From NCBI RefSeq assembly GCF_042660085.1, contig NZ_JBHSTI010000008.1:1419876-1451875 (forward strand): DNA of 32,000 bases, written 5' to 3'. Below are positions 9,218-18,624 of this stretch, piece by piece; positions within the stretch are counted from its first letter, which is position 1, and the number at the start of each line of letters is the position of its first letter. The notes beneath the pieces were generated by a model, which did no database searches, was not told the DNA's origin, and worked only from the letters and a program-made list of their open reading frames with translations. The position numbers and the translations under genes were made by a program. The DNA comes from Longivirga aurantiaca (GTDB taxonomy: Bacteria; Actinomycetota; Actinomycetes; S36-B12; CAIYMF01).

Positions 9218-11074
9218 TCAGCCGGAGAACTCCGCGGCGGCGCGCTCGGCGGCCTCGAGGAGCGTCTTGGTCGTGGCGATGCGGCCCTCGACGTCGGCGG
9301 CCTTACGGGCGTCGCCGGCGGCGACGAGCTTGGCGTGCTCCTTCTCGAGCTTGGCCAGCGACGCGCCGAACTGCTCCACCGTCGCGTCGGCACGGGCCTT
9401 GGCCTCGGGGTTGGTGCGCTTCCACTGGTCCTGCTCGCCCTTGCGGACGGCGTCCTCGACGCGGCGCAGGCGCCCCTCGATGCGCTCCTTGTCGCCGCGC
9501 GGGACGTGGCCGATCGACTCCCAGCGCTCCTGGATCGACCGCAGCGCAGTCTTGGCCGACTTGAGGTCGGAGGTGTTGATCGCCTCGGCCTCGGCCAGCA
9601 GGGCCTCCTTGGCCGCGAGGTTCTCGGCGAAGCCGGCGTCGCGCTTGCCGAGCTCGGCGTTGCGGGCGGCGAAGAACTCGTCCTGGGCGGCGCGGAAGCG
9701 CTGCCACAGCTCCTCCTCGTCCGTCTTGCCGGCCCGGCCTGCGGCCTTCCAGCGCGACATGAGGTCGCGGTACGCGGACGCGGTGTTCCCCCAGTCGGTG
9801 GACGACTTGAGGGCCTCGGCCTCGGCGACGAGCGACTCCTTGACCTGCTTGGCCTCGCCGCGCTCGCCGTCGAGGCGGGCGAAGTGCTGGCGACGGTGCT
9901 TGTCGAACTGCGAGCGGGCGTGGCTGAACCGCTTCCAGAGGGCCTGCTCGCCGGTGCGGTCGGCACGGGGGGCGGCCTTCCACTCGTCGAGCAGCTCCTT
10001 GAAGCGCTCGCCGCTCGCCTTCCACTGGGTGGACTCGGCGAGGGCCTCGGCCTCGGCCACGATCGCCTCGCGGGCGGCGAGGGCGGCGGCCTTGGCGGCG
10101 GCACGCACCTCGGCGGCAGCGGCGCGCTTCTCCTGCACGAGGGAGTCGAGCGCCGCGACGCGGGCGCGCAGCGACGCGAGGTCGCCGACCATCGTGGGCG
10201 ACTCGAGCGACTCGAGCGCGCGCTTGACCACGGCACCGGCCTGCTCGGGTGAGGCCTTGCCCTCGGTGAGGCGTCGCGTGGCGAGGCTGACCTCGACCGA
10301 GAGGTCGTCGAACTTGCGGACGAAGAACGCCAGCCCCTCGTCCGGGGTGCCCGCAGCCCACTGCCCCACGACGTGCTCGGAGCCGTCGTGGAGGGCGACG
10401 TGGACGTTGCCGTCGTCGTCGATGCGCCCGAAGGTGGCCGAGTCGGTGGGGCGGTCGGCGTCGTGCACCTCGGGCTCCGGGGCGGCCACCGGCGCGGGCG
10501 TCGCAGCGCCGGTCGCCACGGGGCGCGGGGGAGCGGGCCGGACGCTGCCGGCGAGGGCGGCGGGGCTCGGCCGCGGCGACGGCTTCGGTGCAGCAGCGGG
10601 TGCCTCAGCGGAGGGTGCCTCAGCGGAGGGTGCCTCAGGAGCGGGTGCCTCGGCAGCGGGTGCCGCGGCACCGGGTGCCTCGGCTGCTGGCGCCTGCGCA
10701 GCGGGGACGTCGGCGGCGGCCTCGGCTTCGACCTGCTCGGGCGCTGCCTCGACGGCGGGCATCGGCGGGGCGGCCTCGACGGCGGCCTGCTCGGGCGCCG
10801 CCTCGACGGCGGGCATCGGCGGGGCGGCCTCGACAGCGGCTGGCTCCGCGACGGGCTCCTCGACAGCGGCTGGCTCCGCGACGGGCTCCTCGACAGCGGC
10901 TGGCTCCGCGAGGGGCTCCTCGACCGGTGCTTCGGCGGCCTCGGCCTCCGGTGCCGCAGCGGCATCGGGAGCATCAGGTGCTGCCTCGACCGCCTCCACC
11001 GCCTCGGTGACCTCGTCGGGGGTGGTCTGCTCGGTGCCCTCGGGGGCGCTGCTGTCGCTCATGCTGGTGTTCAC
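9218..11074 (-). CDS. DUF349 domain-containing protein with a repetitive acidic Pro/Ala-rich N-terminal region
   Basis: 618 aa. The C-terminal two-thirds contains recurring DUF349-type helical repeats ('LWKRFSHARSQFDKHRRQHF', 'LWQRFRAAQDEFFAARNAEL', 'IQERWESIGHVPR'). The start is either the GTG at 11074 or the ATG at 11062. It lies 3 nt downstream of the cyclophilin gene stop. Confidence 0.85.
   Translation of the reverse strand: MNTSMSDSSAPEGTEQTTPDEVTEAVEAVEAAPDAPDAAAAPEAEAAEAPVEEPLAEPAAVEEPVAEPAAVEEPVAEPAAVEAAPPMPAVEAAPEQAAVEAAPPMPAVEAAPEQVEAEAAADVPAAQAPAAEAPGAAAPAAEAPAPEAPSAEAPSAEAPAAAPKPSPRPSPAALAGSVRPAPPRPVATGAATPAPVAAPEPEVHDADRPTDSATFGRIDDDGNVHVALHDGSEHVVGQWAAGTPDEGLAFFVRKFDDLSVEVSLATRRLTEGKASPEQAGAVVKRALESLESPTMVGDLASLRARVAALDSLVQEKRAAAAEVRAAAKAAALAAREAIVAEAEALAESTQWKASGERFKELLDEWKAAPRADRTGEQALWKRFSHARSQFDKHRRQHFARLDGERGEAKQVKESLVAEAEALKSSTDWGNTASAYRDLMSRWKAAGRAGKTDEEELWQRFRAAQDEFFAARNAELGKRDAGFAENLAAKEALLAEAEAINTSDLKSAKTALRSIQERWESIGHVPRGDKERIEGRLRRVEDAVRKGEQDQWKRTNPEAKARADATVEQFGASLAKLEKEHAKLVAAGDARKAADVEGRIATTKTLLEAAERAAAEFSG
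10593..10920 (-). repeat. in-frame tandem repeats inside the DUF349 gene (15-bp, 54-bp and 30-bp periods)
   Basis: 'gggtgcct' recurs every 15 bp from 10598 to 10673 (about 6 units, encoding EAPxA-type pentapeptides). A 49-nt block at 10732-10780 is repeated at 10786-10834 (period 54 bp, one mismatch). The unit 'cctcgacagcggctggctccgcgacgggct' occurs three times at 10828-10917 (period 30 bp, encoding EEPVAEPAAV). Confidence 0.9.
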
Positions 11075-11077
11075 TCC

Positions 11078-11965
11078 TCAGCCGGCCGGCTTGTCGCTGG
11101 TCGTGGCCTTCGTGATGACGATGGGCTGTGCGGGGGATCCGTCGTTCGGGTTGGCGTTGCCTTGCGCGACCCCGGCCTCGGCCACCTTCTGGACGACGTC
11201 GAGACCGGACACCACTGTGCCCCAGATCGTGTAGCTCGCGGGCAGGGTCGTGTCCTTGTAGACGATGAAGAACTGGCTGCCGGACGTGCCGGGGCCGCCG
11301 TTTGCCATCGCGACGGTGCCCTCCGGGTAGTTGACGCCCGTCGCGGTGGGCAGGTTCTCGTCGGGCAGCGTGTAGCCGGGGCCGCCCGTGCCGTCGTTGT
11401 TCGGGCTGCCGCACTGGAGCACGAAGATGCCGCTCGTGGTGAGGCGGAAGCAGTCGCTGTCGGTGTAGAAGCCCTGGTCGGCCAGGAACGCCATCGACGT
11501 CGTGGTCTGCGGCGCCTTCTGGTTGGGCACCATCTCGATCACGATGTCGCCGCAGTTGGTGGCGAGCGTGAGCGTGGTCTGCGCCCCGGCCGGGCGGGTG
11601 TCGGCCGGCGGGGAGGTCCAGGTCTGCGTCTTCACGGTGGGCTCGGGGGCCGTGGTGCAGCCCTTCACCGACGCCGACGGGCTCGCGCTCGGCGACACCG
11701 AGCCGCTGGGGCTGGTCGAGGGCGACGCCGACGTCGACGGCGATGCGGTGGCTGACGGCGAGGTCACGCCGTCCGCGACGTCGTCCGAGCCGCGGTTGGT
11801 CAGCACGAGAGCGAGCACACCGCCCACGACCACGACCAGAGCCGCCACGACGGCGATGATCTGGTTGCGACGTCGGTTCTTGATGGCACGCTCGGCCCGG
11901 CGCTGCTGCTGCCGCTCGTACTTCGCGCGAGCGATCTCCCGCTCGCGCTTGTTGCTGCTCGACAC
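11078..11965 (-). CDS. membrane-anchored cyclophilin-type peptidyl-prolyl cis-trans isomerase
   Basis: 295 aa. It has a basic N-terminus, one TM helix ('IIAVVAALVVVVGGVLALVL'), a Ser/Pro/Thr/Ala linker and a cyclophilin core ('GTVAMANGGPGTSGSQFFIV', 'YTIWGTVVSGLDVV'). Confidence 0.9.
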   Translation of the reverse strand: MSSSNKREREIARAKYERQQQRRAERAIKNRRRNQIIAVVAALVVVVGGVLALVLTNRGSDDVADGVTSPSATASPSTSASPSTSPSGSVSPSASPSASVKGCTTAPEPTVKTQTWTSPPADTRPAGAQTTLTLATNCGDIVIEMVPNQKAPQTTTSMAFLADQGFYTDSDCFRLTTSGIFVLQCGSPNNDGTGGPGYTLPDENLPTATGVNYPEGTVAMANGGPGTSGSQFFIVYKDTTLPASYTIWGTVVSGLDVVQKVAEAGVAQGNANPNDGSPAQPIVITKATTSDKPAG

Positions 11966-12090
11966 GCCCTGCGGCTCCCGTCACGTCCTCGCCGAGCACC
12001 GGTCCGGTGCCCTGCCGCGCACCACGCGCCCTGGGAGTCTAGGCAGTCGATACGCGATCGGGGGCAGGCGGGCCGGAAGGTAGGCTGCGC

Positions 12091-12134
12091 CCGCCGGGCG
12101 TGTCGCCCGGCGGCCACGTCACAGTTTGGTGACG
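12091..12134 (+). promoter_or_regulatory. GC-rich hairpin plus adjacent palindrome in the leader of the MBL-hydrolase/hisS/aspS unit
   Basis: A perfect 10-bp stem CCGCCGGGCG-TGT-CGCCCGGCGG lies at 12091-12113, followed by the palindrome CGTCAC-agtttg-GTGACG at 12117-12134. A -10-like TAGGCT sits at 12081-12086 and the SD AGGAGGAG lies just before the GTG at 12160. Confidence 0.3.
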
Positions 12135-12159
12135 GGACCCGGCAGCAGGAGGAGAGCCC

Positions 12160-12879
12160 GTGCTCGTCGTCGGCTTCCCCGCCGGTCCCTGGGGAACCAA
12201 CTGCTGGGTGCTCGCGACCGGCAAGGGCGAGCAGTGCGTCGTCGTCGACCCGGGCAAGGACGCCGCCCCGGGTATCGAGGACGTCGTCCGCGAGCAGGGC
12301 CTGGAACCCGTCGCCGTGCTCCTCACCCACGGGCACATCGACCACGTGTGGTCGGTGGTCCCGGTCTGCGGTGCCCGCGGGATCCCGGCGTACATCCACC
12401 CCGACGACCGCTCGATGCTCGCCGACCCCCTGGCGGGCATCAGCGCGCAGACGGCGCAGATGCTGGCCTCCATGACCGAGGGGAAGCTCGCCGCGGGCGA
12501 GCCGGACGACGTCCGCCTGCTGACCGACGGCGCCGTCCTCGAGCTGGCCGGGCTCGAGCTGGTCGTCGACCACGCGCCGGGGCACACCCGGGGCTCGGTG
12601 ATGTTCCGGCAGGCCGCCGCCGAGGGCGTACCCCCGCTCCTGCTCTCCGGCGACGTCCTGTTCGAGGGCTCGATCGGCCGCACCGACCTCCCGGGCGGAG
12701 ACCACGAGGCGATGCTCGCCAGCCTCGCGCGCAAGGTGCTGCCCCTCGACGACGAGACCGTGGTGCTGCCCGGCCACGGCGGCACGACCACCATCGGCGA
12801 CGAGCGCGCCACCAACCCGTACCTCACGGCCCTGATCCGCCAGGGCTCGTCGACCGCTGCCCCCGGACGGGGGCTCTAG
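12160..12879 (+). CDS. MBL fold metallo-hydrolase (glyoxalase II-like)
   Basis: 239 aa with a GTG start. It has the metal-binding motif 'THGHIDH' and downstream His/Asp ligands ('HAPGHTRGS', '[14 protein letters not shown]', 'LPGHG'). Confidence 0.9.
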   Translation: MLVVGFPAGPWGTNCWVLATGKGEQCVVVDPGKDAAPGIEDVVREQGLEPVAVLLTHGHIDHVWSVVPVCGARGIPAYIHPDDRSMLADPLAGISAQTAQMLASMTEGKLAAGEPDDVRLLTDGAVLELAGLELVVDHAPGHTRGSVMFRQAAAEGVPPLLLSGDVLFEGSIGRTDLPGGDHEAMLASLARKVLPLDDETVVLPGHGGTTTIGDERATNPYLTALIRQGSSTAAPGRGL

Positions 12880-12885
12880 GACCTC

Positions 12886-14232
12886 ATGAGCCGCATCGCC
12901 CCCCTCTCCGGCTTCCCGGAGTGGCTGCCCGCCGAGCGCGTCGTGGAGCAGCAGGTGCTCGACACCGTGCGCCGCGTCTTCGAGCTGCACGGCTTCGCCT
13001 CGATCGAGACGCGCGCGGTGGAGCCCCTCGAGCAGATGCTGCGCAAGGGCGAGATCGACAAGGAGGTCTACGTCCTCCGCCGTCTGCACGCCGAGAGCGA
13101 CGAGGCCGACGCCGGGCTCGGCCTGCACTTCGACCTCACCGTGCCGTTCGCGCGCTACGTGCTGCAGAACGCCGGTCACCTGGAGTTCCCGTTCCGCCGC
13201 TACCAGATCCAGAAGGTGTGGCGGGGCGAGCGGCCGCAGGAGGGGCGCTTCCGCGAGTTCACTCAGGCCGACATCGACGTCATCGGCCGCGACACCCTCG
13301 CGTTCCACCACGAGGTCGAGGTCGCGCTCGTGATGGCCGAGGTGTTCCGCGCGCTCCCGTGCCCGCCCGCGGTCATCCTCGTGAACAACCGCAAGCTCGC
13401 GGAGGGCTTCTTCCTGGGCGCGGGCGCCACCGATGCTGCGGCGGCCCTCCGGGCGATCGACAAGCTCGACAAGATCGGCCCCGAGAAGGTGGCCGCGCTC
13501 CTCGAGTCGGACGCCGGCCTCACGGCCGAGGGCGCGCAGAAGTGCCTCGCCCTCGCCGGCATCCGCAGTGCCGACGTCTCGTTCGTCGCTCAGGTGCGCG
13601 CGCTCGGCGTCGAGCACGAGCTGCTCACCGAGGGGCTCGACGAGCTCGCCGCGGTGATCGCGGCGGCGTCCGCGCGGATGCCGGGCGCGGTGGTGGCCGA
13701 CCTCAAGATCGCGCGGGGCCTGGACTACTACACGGGCACGGTCTACGAGACCCAGCTCGTCGGGTACGAGTCGTTCGGCTCGGTCTGCTCGGGCGGCCGG
13801 TACGACTCGCTCGCGAGCGACGGCCGTACGACGTACCCGGGCGTCGGCATCTCGCTCGGCGTCTCGCGCCTGCTGTCGGTGCTCATCGGCCGCGGCCTGG
13901 TGACGGCCTCCCGCTCGGTGCCGACCGCCGTGCTCGTCGCCGTCTCCGACGACGACGCCCGCGGCACGTCCGAGGACGTCGCAGCGGCGCTGCGCGCCCG
14001 GGGCATCAGCACCGAGGTCGCGCCCAGCGCGGCCAAGTTCGGCAAGCAGATCCGCCACGCCGACCGTCGTGGCATCCCGTTCGTCTGGTTCGTCTCGGAC
14101 GACGGCACGCACTCGGTCAAGGACATCCGGTCGGGCGACCAGGTCGACGCCGACCCCACCAGCTGGACGCCGCCGGCGGAGGACCTCGTCCCCGTCGTTG
14201 CGCTGGCTCAGAACGAGGAGAGCACGTCGTGA
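12886..14232 (+). CDS. hisS: histidine--tRNA ligase
   Basis: 448 aa with class II aaRS motif 2 '[32 protein letters not shown]', 'GGRYD', and a C-terminal anticodon-binding domain. Confidence 0.96.
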   Translation: MSRIAPLSGFPEWLPAERVVEQQVLDTVRRVFELHGFASIETRAVEPLEQMLRKGEIDKEVYVLRRLHAESDEADAGLGLHFDLTVPFARYVLQNAGHLEFPFRRYQIQKVWRGERPQEGRFREFTQADIDVIGRDTLAFHHEVEVALVMAEVFRALPCPPAVILVNNRKLAEGFFLGAGATDAAAALRAIDKLDKIGPEKVAALLESDAGLTAEGAQKCLALAGIRSADVSFVAQVRALGVEHELLTEGLDELAAVIAAASARMPGAVVADLKIARGLDYYTGTVYETQLVGYESFGSVCSGGRYDSLASDGRTTYPGVGISLGVSRLLSVLIGRGLVTASRSVPTAVLVAVSDDDARGTSEDVAAALRARGISTEVAPSAAKFGKQIRHADRRGIPFVWFVSDDGTHSVKDIRSGDQVDADPTSWTPPAEDLVPVVALAQNEESTS

Positions 14233-16013
14233 TCCGCACGCACACCGCCGGAAGCCTTCGCGCGGAGCACGTCGGCCAGACCGTGACGCTGGCCGGCTGG
14301 GTCGCCCGCCGCCGCGACCACGGCGGCGTCGCCTTCCTCGACCTGCGCGACGCGTCCGGCGTCGTGCAGGTGGTCGTCCGCGATCCCGAGGTCGCGCACC
14401 CGTTGCGCAACGAGTTCTGCGTCAAGGTCGTCGGCGTGGTGTCGGCCCGGCCCGAGGGCAACGCCAACCTCGACCTGCCGACCGGCGAGGTCGAGGTCGT
14501 GACGAGCGAGCTCGAGGTGCTCTCGACGGCGGCGCCGCTGCCGTTCCCGATCGACGAGCACGTCGAGGTCGGCGAGGAGGCGCGCCTGCGCCACCGCTAC
14601 CTCGACCTCCGCCGTCCCGCGCCGGGCGCCGCCCTGCGTCTGCGCAGCCGCGTCAACCGCATCGCGCGCGACGTGCTCTACGACCACGACTTCATCGAGA
14701 TCGAGACCCCGACGCTGACCCGCTCGACCCCCGAGGGTGCGCGCGACTTCCTCGTGCCGGCCCGCCTGCAGCCGGGCACCTGGTACGCGCTGCCTCAGAG
14801 CCCGCAGCTGTTCAAGCAGCTGCTCATGGTGGCGGGCATGGAGCGCTACTTCCAGATCGCGCGCTGCTACCGCGACGAGGACTTCCGTGCCGACCGGCAG
14901 CCGGAGTTCACCCAGCTCGACATCGAGATGAGCTTCGTCGACCAGGACGACGTCATCGCGATCGGCGAGGCCGTCGTGTCGTCGGTGTGGCGCGAGATCG
15001 GCGTCGAGATCCCCACGCCCATCGCGCGGATGACGTACGCCGACTCGATGGCGCGCTACGGCAACGACAAGCCCGACCTGCGCTTCGGCAACGAGCTGGT
15101 CGAGTGCACCGACTACTTCGGCGGGACGACGTTCCGGGTCTTCCAGGCGCCGTACGTCGGCGCGGTCGTCATGCCGGGCGGGGCCTCGCAGCCGCGCAAG
15201 CAGCTCGACGCGTGGCAGGACTGGGCGAAGTCCCGCGGCGCGCGCGGCCTCGCGTACGTGCTGGTAGGCGAGGACGGCGAGCTCGGCGGCCCGGTCGCCA
15301 AGAACCTCAGCGACGCCGAGCGCGCGGGCCTGGCCGAGCGCGTCGGCGCCCAGCCCGGCGACTGCGTGTTCTTCGCGGCGGGGGAGACAACGCCGTCGCG
15401 GGCGCTCCTCGGCGCCGCGCGCCTGGAGATCGGCAAGCGCTGCGGCCTCATCGACGAGTCCGCGTGGGCGTTCGTGTGGATCGTCGACGCGCCGCTGTTC
15501 GAGCCGTCGTCCAAGGCGGTCGAGAGCGGCGACGTCGCCGTCGGTGCCGGCGCCTGGACCGCCGTGCACCACGCGTTCACCTCGCCCAAGCCCGAGTGGA
15601 TCGACCGGTTCGAGGAGAGCCCTGGGGAGGCGCTCGCCTACGCGTACGACATCGTGTGCAACGGCAACGAGATCGGCGGCGGCTCGATCCGTATCCACCG
15701 CAAGGACGTGCAGGAGCGCGTGTTCGCGATGATGGGCCTCGGGGCCGAGGAGCAGCAGGAGAAGTTCGGCTTCCTGCTCGACGCGTTCGCCTTCGGCCCC
15801 CCGCCGCACGGCGGCATCGCCTTCGGCTGGGACCGCATCGTGGCGCTGCTCTCGGGCAGCGACTCGATCCGCGACGTGATCGCGTTCCCCAAGACCGGTG
15901 GCGGTCAGGACCCGCTGACGGGCGCCCCGGCCGCGATCAGCGGCCAGCAGCGCGCCGAGGCCGGCGTCGACTTCGTCCCCGAGCCCGAGCCCTCGGAGCC
16001 CTCCGGGGCCTGA
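14229..16013 (+). CDS. aspS: aspartate--tRNA ligase
   Basis: The GTG at 14229 overlaps the hisS TGA (14230-14232). 594 aa with an OB-fold N-terminus ('[19 protein letters not shown]'), motif 2 '[25 protein letters not shown]', 'GGGSIRIH' and motif 3 '[17 protein letters not shown]'. It is the 3' part of ORF 12126..16013. Confidence 0.96.
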   Translation: MIRTHTAGSLRAEHVGQTVTLAGWVARRRDHGGVAFLDLRDASGVVQVVVRDPEVAHPLRNEFCVKVVGVVSARPEGNANLDLPTGEVEVVTSELEVLSTAAPLPFPIDEHVEVGEEARLRHRYLDLRRPAPGAALRLRSRVNRIARDVLYDHDFIEIETPTLTRSTPEGARDFLVPARLQPGTWYALPQSPQLFKQLLMVAGMERYFQIARCYRDEDFRADRQPEFTQLDIEMSFVDQDDVIAIGEAVVSSVWREIGVEIPTPIARMTYADSMARYGNDKPDLRFGNELVECTDYFGGTTFRVFQAPYVGAVVMPGGASQPRKQLDAWQDWAKSRGARGLAYVLVGEDGELGGPVAKNLSDAERAGLAERVGAQPGDCVFFAAGETTPSRALLGAARLEIGKRCGLIDESAWAFVWIVDAPLFEPSSKAVESGDVAVGAGAWTAVHHAFTSPKPEWIDRFEESPGEALAYAYDIVCNGNEIGGGSIRIHRKDVQERVFAMMGLGAEEQQEKFGFLLDAFAFGPPPHGGIAFGWDRIVALLSGSDSIRDVIAFPKTGGGQDPLTGAPAAISGQQRAEAGVDFVPEPEPSEPSGA

Positions 16014-16024
16014 TCCGGGTCGCC

Positions 16025-16876
16025 TCAGTGGTGGTCGGGGCCGGCGACCGCCAGGGCGCCCGAGCTGCTGCCGCGGAGCCAGCGGAACCCCAGCGACGCG
16101 TAGACGCTGCGCGCCGCGTCGTTGTCGGCGTACATCCCGAGGCTGACCGCGGGCACGCCCGCGGCGAGCGAGTCGGCGGTGACCTCGGCGCACAGCAGCC
16201 GGGCGAGCCGCGTGCCGCGCCTCTCGGGGTGGGTGGCCACGCTGTTGAGGTGGTGGCTGCCCGACCGCTGACGCGTCACCGCGAGCACCGCCGCGAGCCC
16301 GCCCGTATCGGGCAGGCCGCGCTCGGGATCCTCGATCCCGGCCCAGCGCACCACGCGCGGGTCGCCGGCGGGGATCGACGCCGTGGGCGACGACACCTCG
16401 AGCAGGGCCGCGATGCGCGGGTCGCCGGCGTCCAGGTCGACCACCCGGGCGGCATCGCCGTACGGGGTGGACTGCGGAGCAGGCGGCACGAGGGTGCACC
16501 AGGCGTCCCACTCGTCGTGCTCGCGCGGCTGCAGGTGGTCGGGCAGCAGCGCGAGGCCGCCGCGCGGCACCGTGACCCCGGTGACCGGCTCGCCGATCCC
16601 GGTGCCGGCGTCCGCGAGACGCGTGAGCAGGGCGACGGCGGCGGCCACGTGCCCGGGGTCGAGCGGGTCGGCGGCGTACCCGCTCACCCAGCGGGCCCCG
16701 CGCCACGCGTGGTGGCTCACGACGGCCGCGGCTCGCCCGGGATCCGTGGCGATGCGCTGCAGGTGCCCGGGGTCGACGTCGAACCGGATCCAGAGGTCGC
16801 CCGGCAGTGCCTCCTCGAGCTCGGCGTGCAGGGCGCGCTGCCGGTCGTCGGGTGCGGGGCTCACCCCGTAACCCAA
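16025..16876 (-). CDS. GNAT family N-acetyltransferase (start uncertain: TTG at 16876 or GTG at 16864)
   Basis: The C-terminal GNAT core reads '[23 protein letters not shown]' and '[19 protein letters not shown]'. The upstream part of the 515-aa ORF overlaps rarA antisense and is not credible. The stop lies 11 nt from the aspS stop (convergent). Confidence 0.65.
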   Translation of the reverse strand: MGYGVSPAPDDRQRALHAELEEALPGDLWIRFDVDPGHLQRIATDPGRAAAVVSHHAWRGARWVSGYAADPLDPGHVAAAVALLTRLADAGTGIGEPVTGVTVPRGGLALLPDHLQPREHDEWDAWCTLVPPAPQSTPYGDAARVVDLDAGDPRIAALLEVSSPTASIPAGDPRVVRWAGIEDPERGLPDTGGLAAVLAVTRQRSGSHHLNSVATHPERRGTRLARLLCAEVTADSLAAGVPAVSLGMYADNDAARSVYASLGFRWLRGSSSGALAVAGPDHH

Positions 16877-16900
16877 GCAGACCGCCGCCCGGCCACCGCC

Positions 16901-16906
16901 TAGGGT
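16901..16906 (+). promoter_or_regulatory. -10-like hexamer TAGGGT placed for a leaderless rarA transcript
   Basis: TAGGGT (TANNNT) ends 7 nt before the rarA GTG at 16914. No Shine-Dalgarno sequence lies between them. The divergent intergenic space is only ~37-49 nt. Confidence 0.3.
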
Positions 16907-16913
16907 TTCCCGC

Positions 16914-18311
16914 GTGACCGCGAGCCTGTTCGACGACGGTGCGGCGCCGACCCGCGTCGGAGCCCCGCTCGCCGTCCGCATGCGCCCGCGCACCCTGGAG
17001 GAGCTGGTCGGCCAGCGGCACCTGCTCGAGCCCGGGAGCCCCCTGCGCAGGCTGGTGGCCGACCCCGGGTCGGGCCGCGCCGGCATCACGAGCGTGATCC
17101 TCTGGGGGCCGCCCGGCACCGGCAAGACCACCCTCGCCTCGCTCGTGAGCACGAGCACGGGACGCCGCTTCGTCGAGCTCTCGGCCGTGACGGCCGGCGT
17201 GAAGGACGTCCGCGAGGTGGTCGACCGCGCCCGCGACGCCCTCGGCATGCAGGGGCAGGGCACGGTGCTGTTCGTCGACGAGGTGCACCGCTTCTCCAAG
17301 ACCCAGCAGGACGCGCTCCTCCCGGCGGTCGAGAACGGCTGGGTCACGCTCGTCGCCGCAACCACCGAGAACCCGTCGTTCTCGGTGATCTCCCCGCTGC
17401 TCTCGCGCTCGCTCGTGCTCACCCTGGCCTCGCTGACCGACGACGACCTCCGCGACCTGCTGCGCCGTGCCGTCTCCGACCCCCGCGGCCTCGACGGCAC
17501 GGTGGAGCTCAGCGAGGAGGCGGAGGAGCACCTGCTGCGCGTGGCGGGCGGCGACGCCCGGCGCGCGCTCACCAGCCTGGAGGCCGCCGCCGGTGCTGCC
17601 CTCGACGCCGGGACGAACGTCGTCGACCTCGCCGCGGTCGAGCGGGCCGTGGCCCATGCGGCACCGCGCTACGACCGCGACGGCGACCAGCACTACGACG
17701 TGATCAGCGCGTTCATCAAGAGCTGCCGCGGGTCCGACGTCGACGCCGCCCTGCACTACCTGGCCCGGATGCTCGAGGCGGGGGAGGACCCCCGCTTCAT
17801 CGCGCGCCGCCTGATCATCCTGGCGAGCGAGGACGTCGGCATGGCCGACCCGACCGCGCTGCAGACCGCGGTGGCGGCGGCGAACGCCGTGCAGCTGATC
17901 GGCCTCCCCGAGGGCAGGCTCACGCTGGCCCAGGCGACGGTGGCGATCGCGCTGGCGCCCAAGTCGAACGCCGTCACCGTGGCGATCGGCGAGGCCGAGG
18001 CAGACGTGCGCCGCGGGCTCATCGGACCGGTACCGGCCCACCTGCGCGACAGCCACTACGCCCGCGCCTCCGACCTCGGCCACGGTGTGGGCTACGTCTA
18101 CCCGCACGACGTGCCCGGGGGAGTGGCCGAGCAGCAGTACGCCCCCGACCAGGCCACGGGCCGCCGCTACTACGTGCCGACCCGTCATGGCGCCGAGGCG
18201 CGGTACGCCGACGTCCTGGACCGCCTGCGGGTGGCGCTGGGCCGTGAGGCCCCGCCGGTAGGGTCGGACGACGCGTCGACCGGCGACGCGACAGGTGGCA
18301 GCGAGGGGTGA
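16914..18311 (+). CDS. rarA: replication-associated recombination protein A (AAA+ ATPase RarA/MgsA)
   Basis: 465 aa with Walker A '[11 protein letters not shown]', Walker B '[10 protein letters not shown]', and the MgsA C-terminal domain ('[28 protein letters not shown]', '[18 protein letters not shown]'). Confidence 0.95.
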   Translation: MTASLFDDGAAPTRVGAPLAVRMRPRTLEELVGQRHLLEPGSPLRRLVADPGSGRAGITSVILWGPPGTGKTTLASLVSTSTGRRFVELSAVTAGVKDVREVVDRARDALGMQGQGTVLFVDEVHRFSKTQQDALLPAVENGWVTLVAATTENPSFSVISPLLSRSLVLTLASLTDDDLRDLLRRAVSDPRGLDGTVELSEEAEEHLLRVAGGDARRALTSLEAAAGAALDAGTNVVDLAAVERAVAHAAPRYDRDGDQHYDVISAFIKSCRGSDVDAALHYLARMLEAGEDPRFIARRLIILASEDVGMADPTALQTAVAAANAVQLIGLPEGRLTLAQATVAIALAPKSNAVTVAIGEAEADVRRGLIGPVPAHLRDSHYARASDLGHGVGYVYPHDVPGGVAEQQYAPDQATGRRYYVPTRHGAEARYADVLDRLRVALGREAPPVGSDDASTGDATGGSEG

Positions 18312-18318
18312 GCACGAC

Positions 18319-18624
18319 GTGAAGCGACTGTTCTGGCTCGGTGTCGGCGCCGCCGCGGGCTACTACGCCGCACGCCGGGGCGAGGAGGCCGTCGAGCGCG
18401 CCCGCGAGCGCGGCGTCGTCGGCAACGTGACCCTCGCAGCCACCACGGCGTCGAAGGTGGCGGCCACCGCGTCGCGCACCGCCGTGACGCTCGGCGAGAA
18501 GGCACGCGCCCTCGCGGCCGACCCCGCCGGCTCCGAGACCGCCACCGTGACCCCGATCCGCCCTGCAGCCGGCACGTCCCCGAGCAGCCCCGCGAGCAGC
18601 CCCAGCCGAGAGGTCCGACCCTGA
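18319..18624 (+). CDS. small hypothetical membrane-anchored protein
   Basis: The GTG at 18319 gives 'VKRLFWLGVGAAAGYYAARRG', an N-terminal hydrophobic helix, followed by an Ala/Thr/Ser/Pro-rich tail. GC3 is high. The stop TGA (18622-18624) overlaps the alaS ATG. The ORF track starts it at 18295. Confidence 0.6.
   Translation: MKRLFWLGVGAAAGYYAARRGEEAVERARERGVVGNVTLAATTASKVAATASRTAVTLGEKARALAADPAGSETATVTPIRPAAGTSPSSPASSPSREVRP

Noticed and set aside
10593-10920. Possible CRISPR array, because of the short direct repeats
   Set aside because: The repeats are contiguous with no unique spacers. Their periods are multiples of 3 and they lie in frame inside a coding sequence. No cas genes are nearby.
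9151-11234. Multiple long ORFs on both strands overlapping the DUF349 gene (9170..10252+, 9192..11234+, 9151..10974-, 9303..10361-, 10588..11010+)
   Set aside because: Only the 9218..11074 minus frame yields DUF349-type helical repeats and a sensible N-terminus. The repetitive peptides in the other frames (e.g. 'RVPQRRVPQRRVPQ') merely reflect the underlying DNA tandem repeats.
12880-18624. T-box, riboswitch or attenuator leaders upstream of hisS, aspS and alaS
   Set aside because: hisS starts 6 nt after the preceding gene. aspS and alaS overlap the preceding stop codons. There is no room for a leader RNA.
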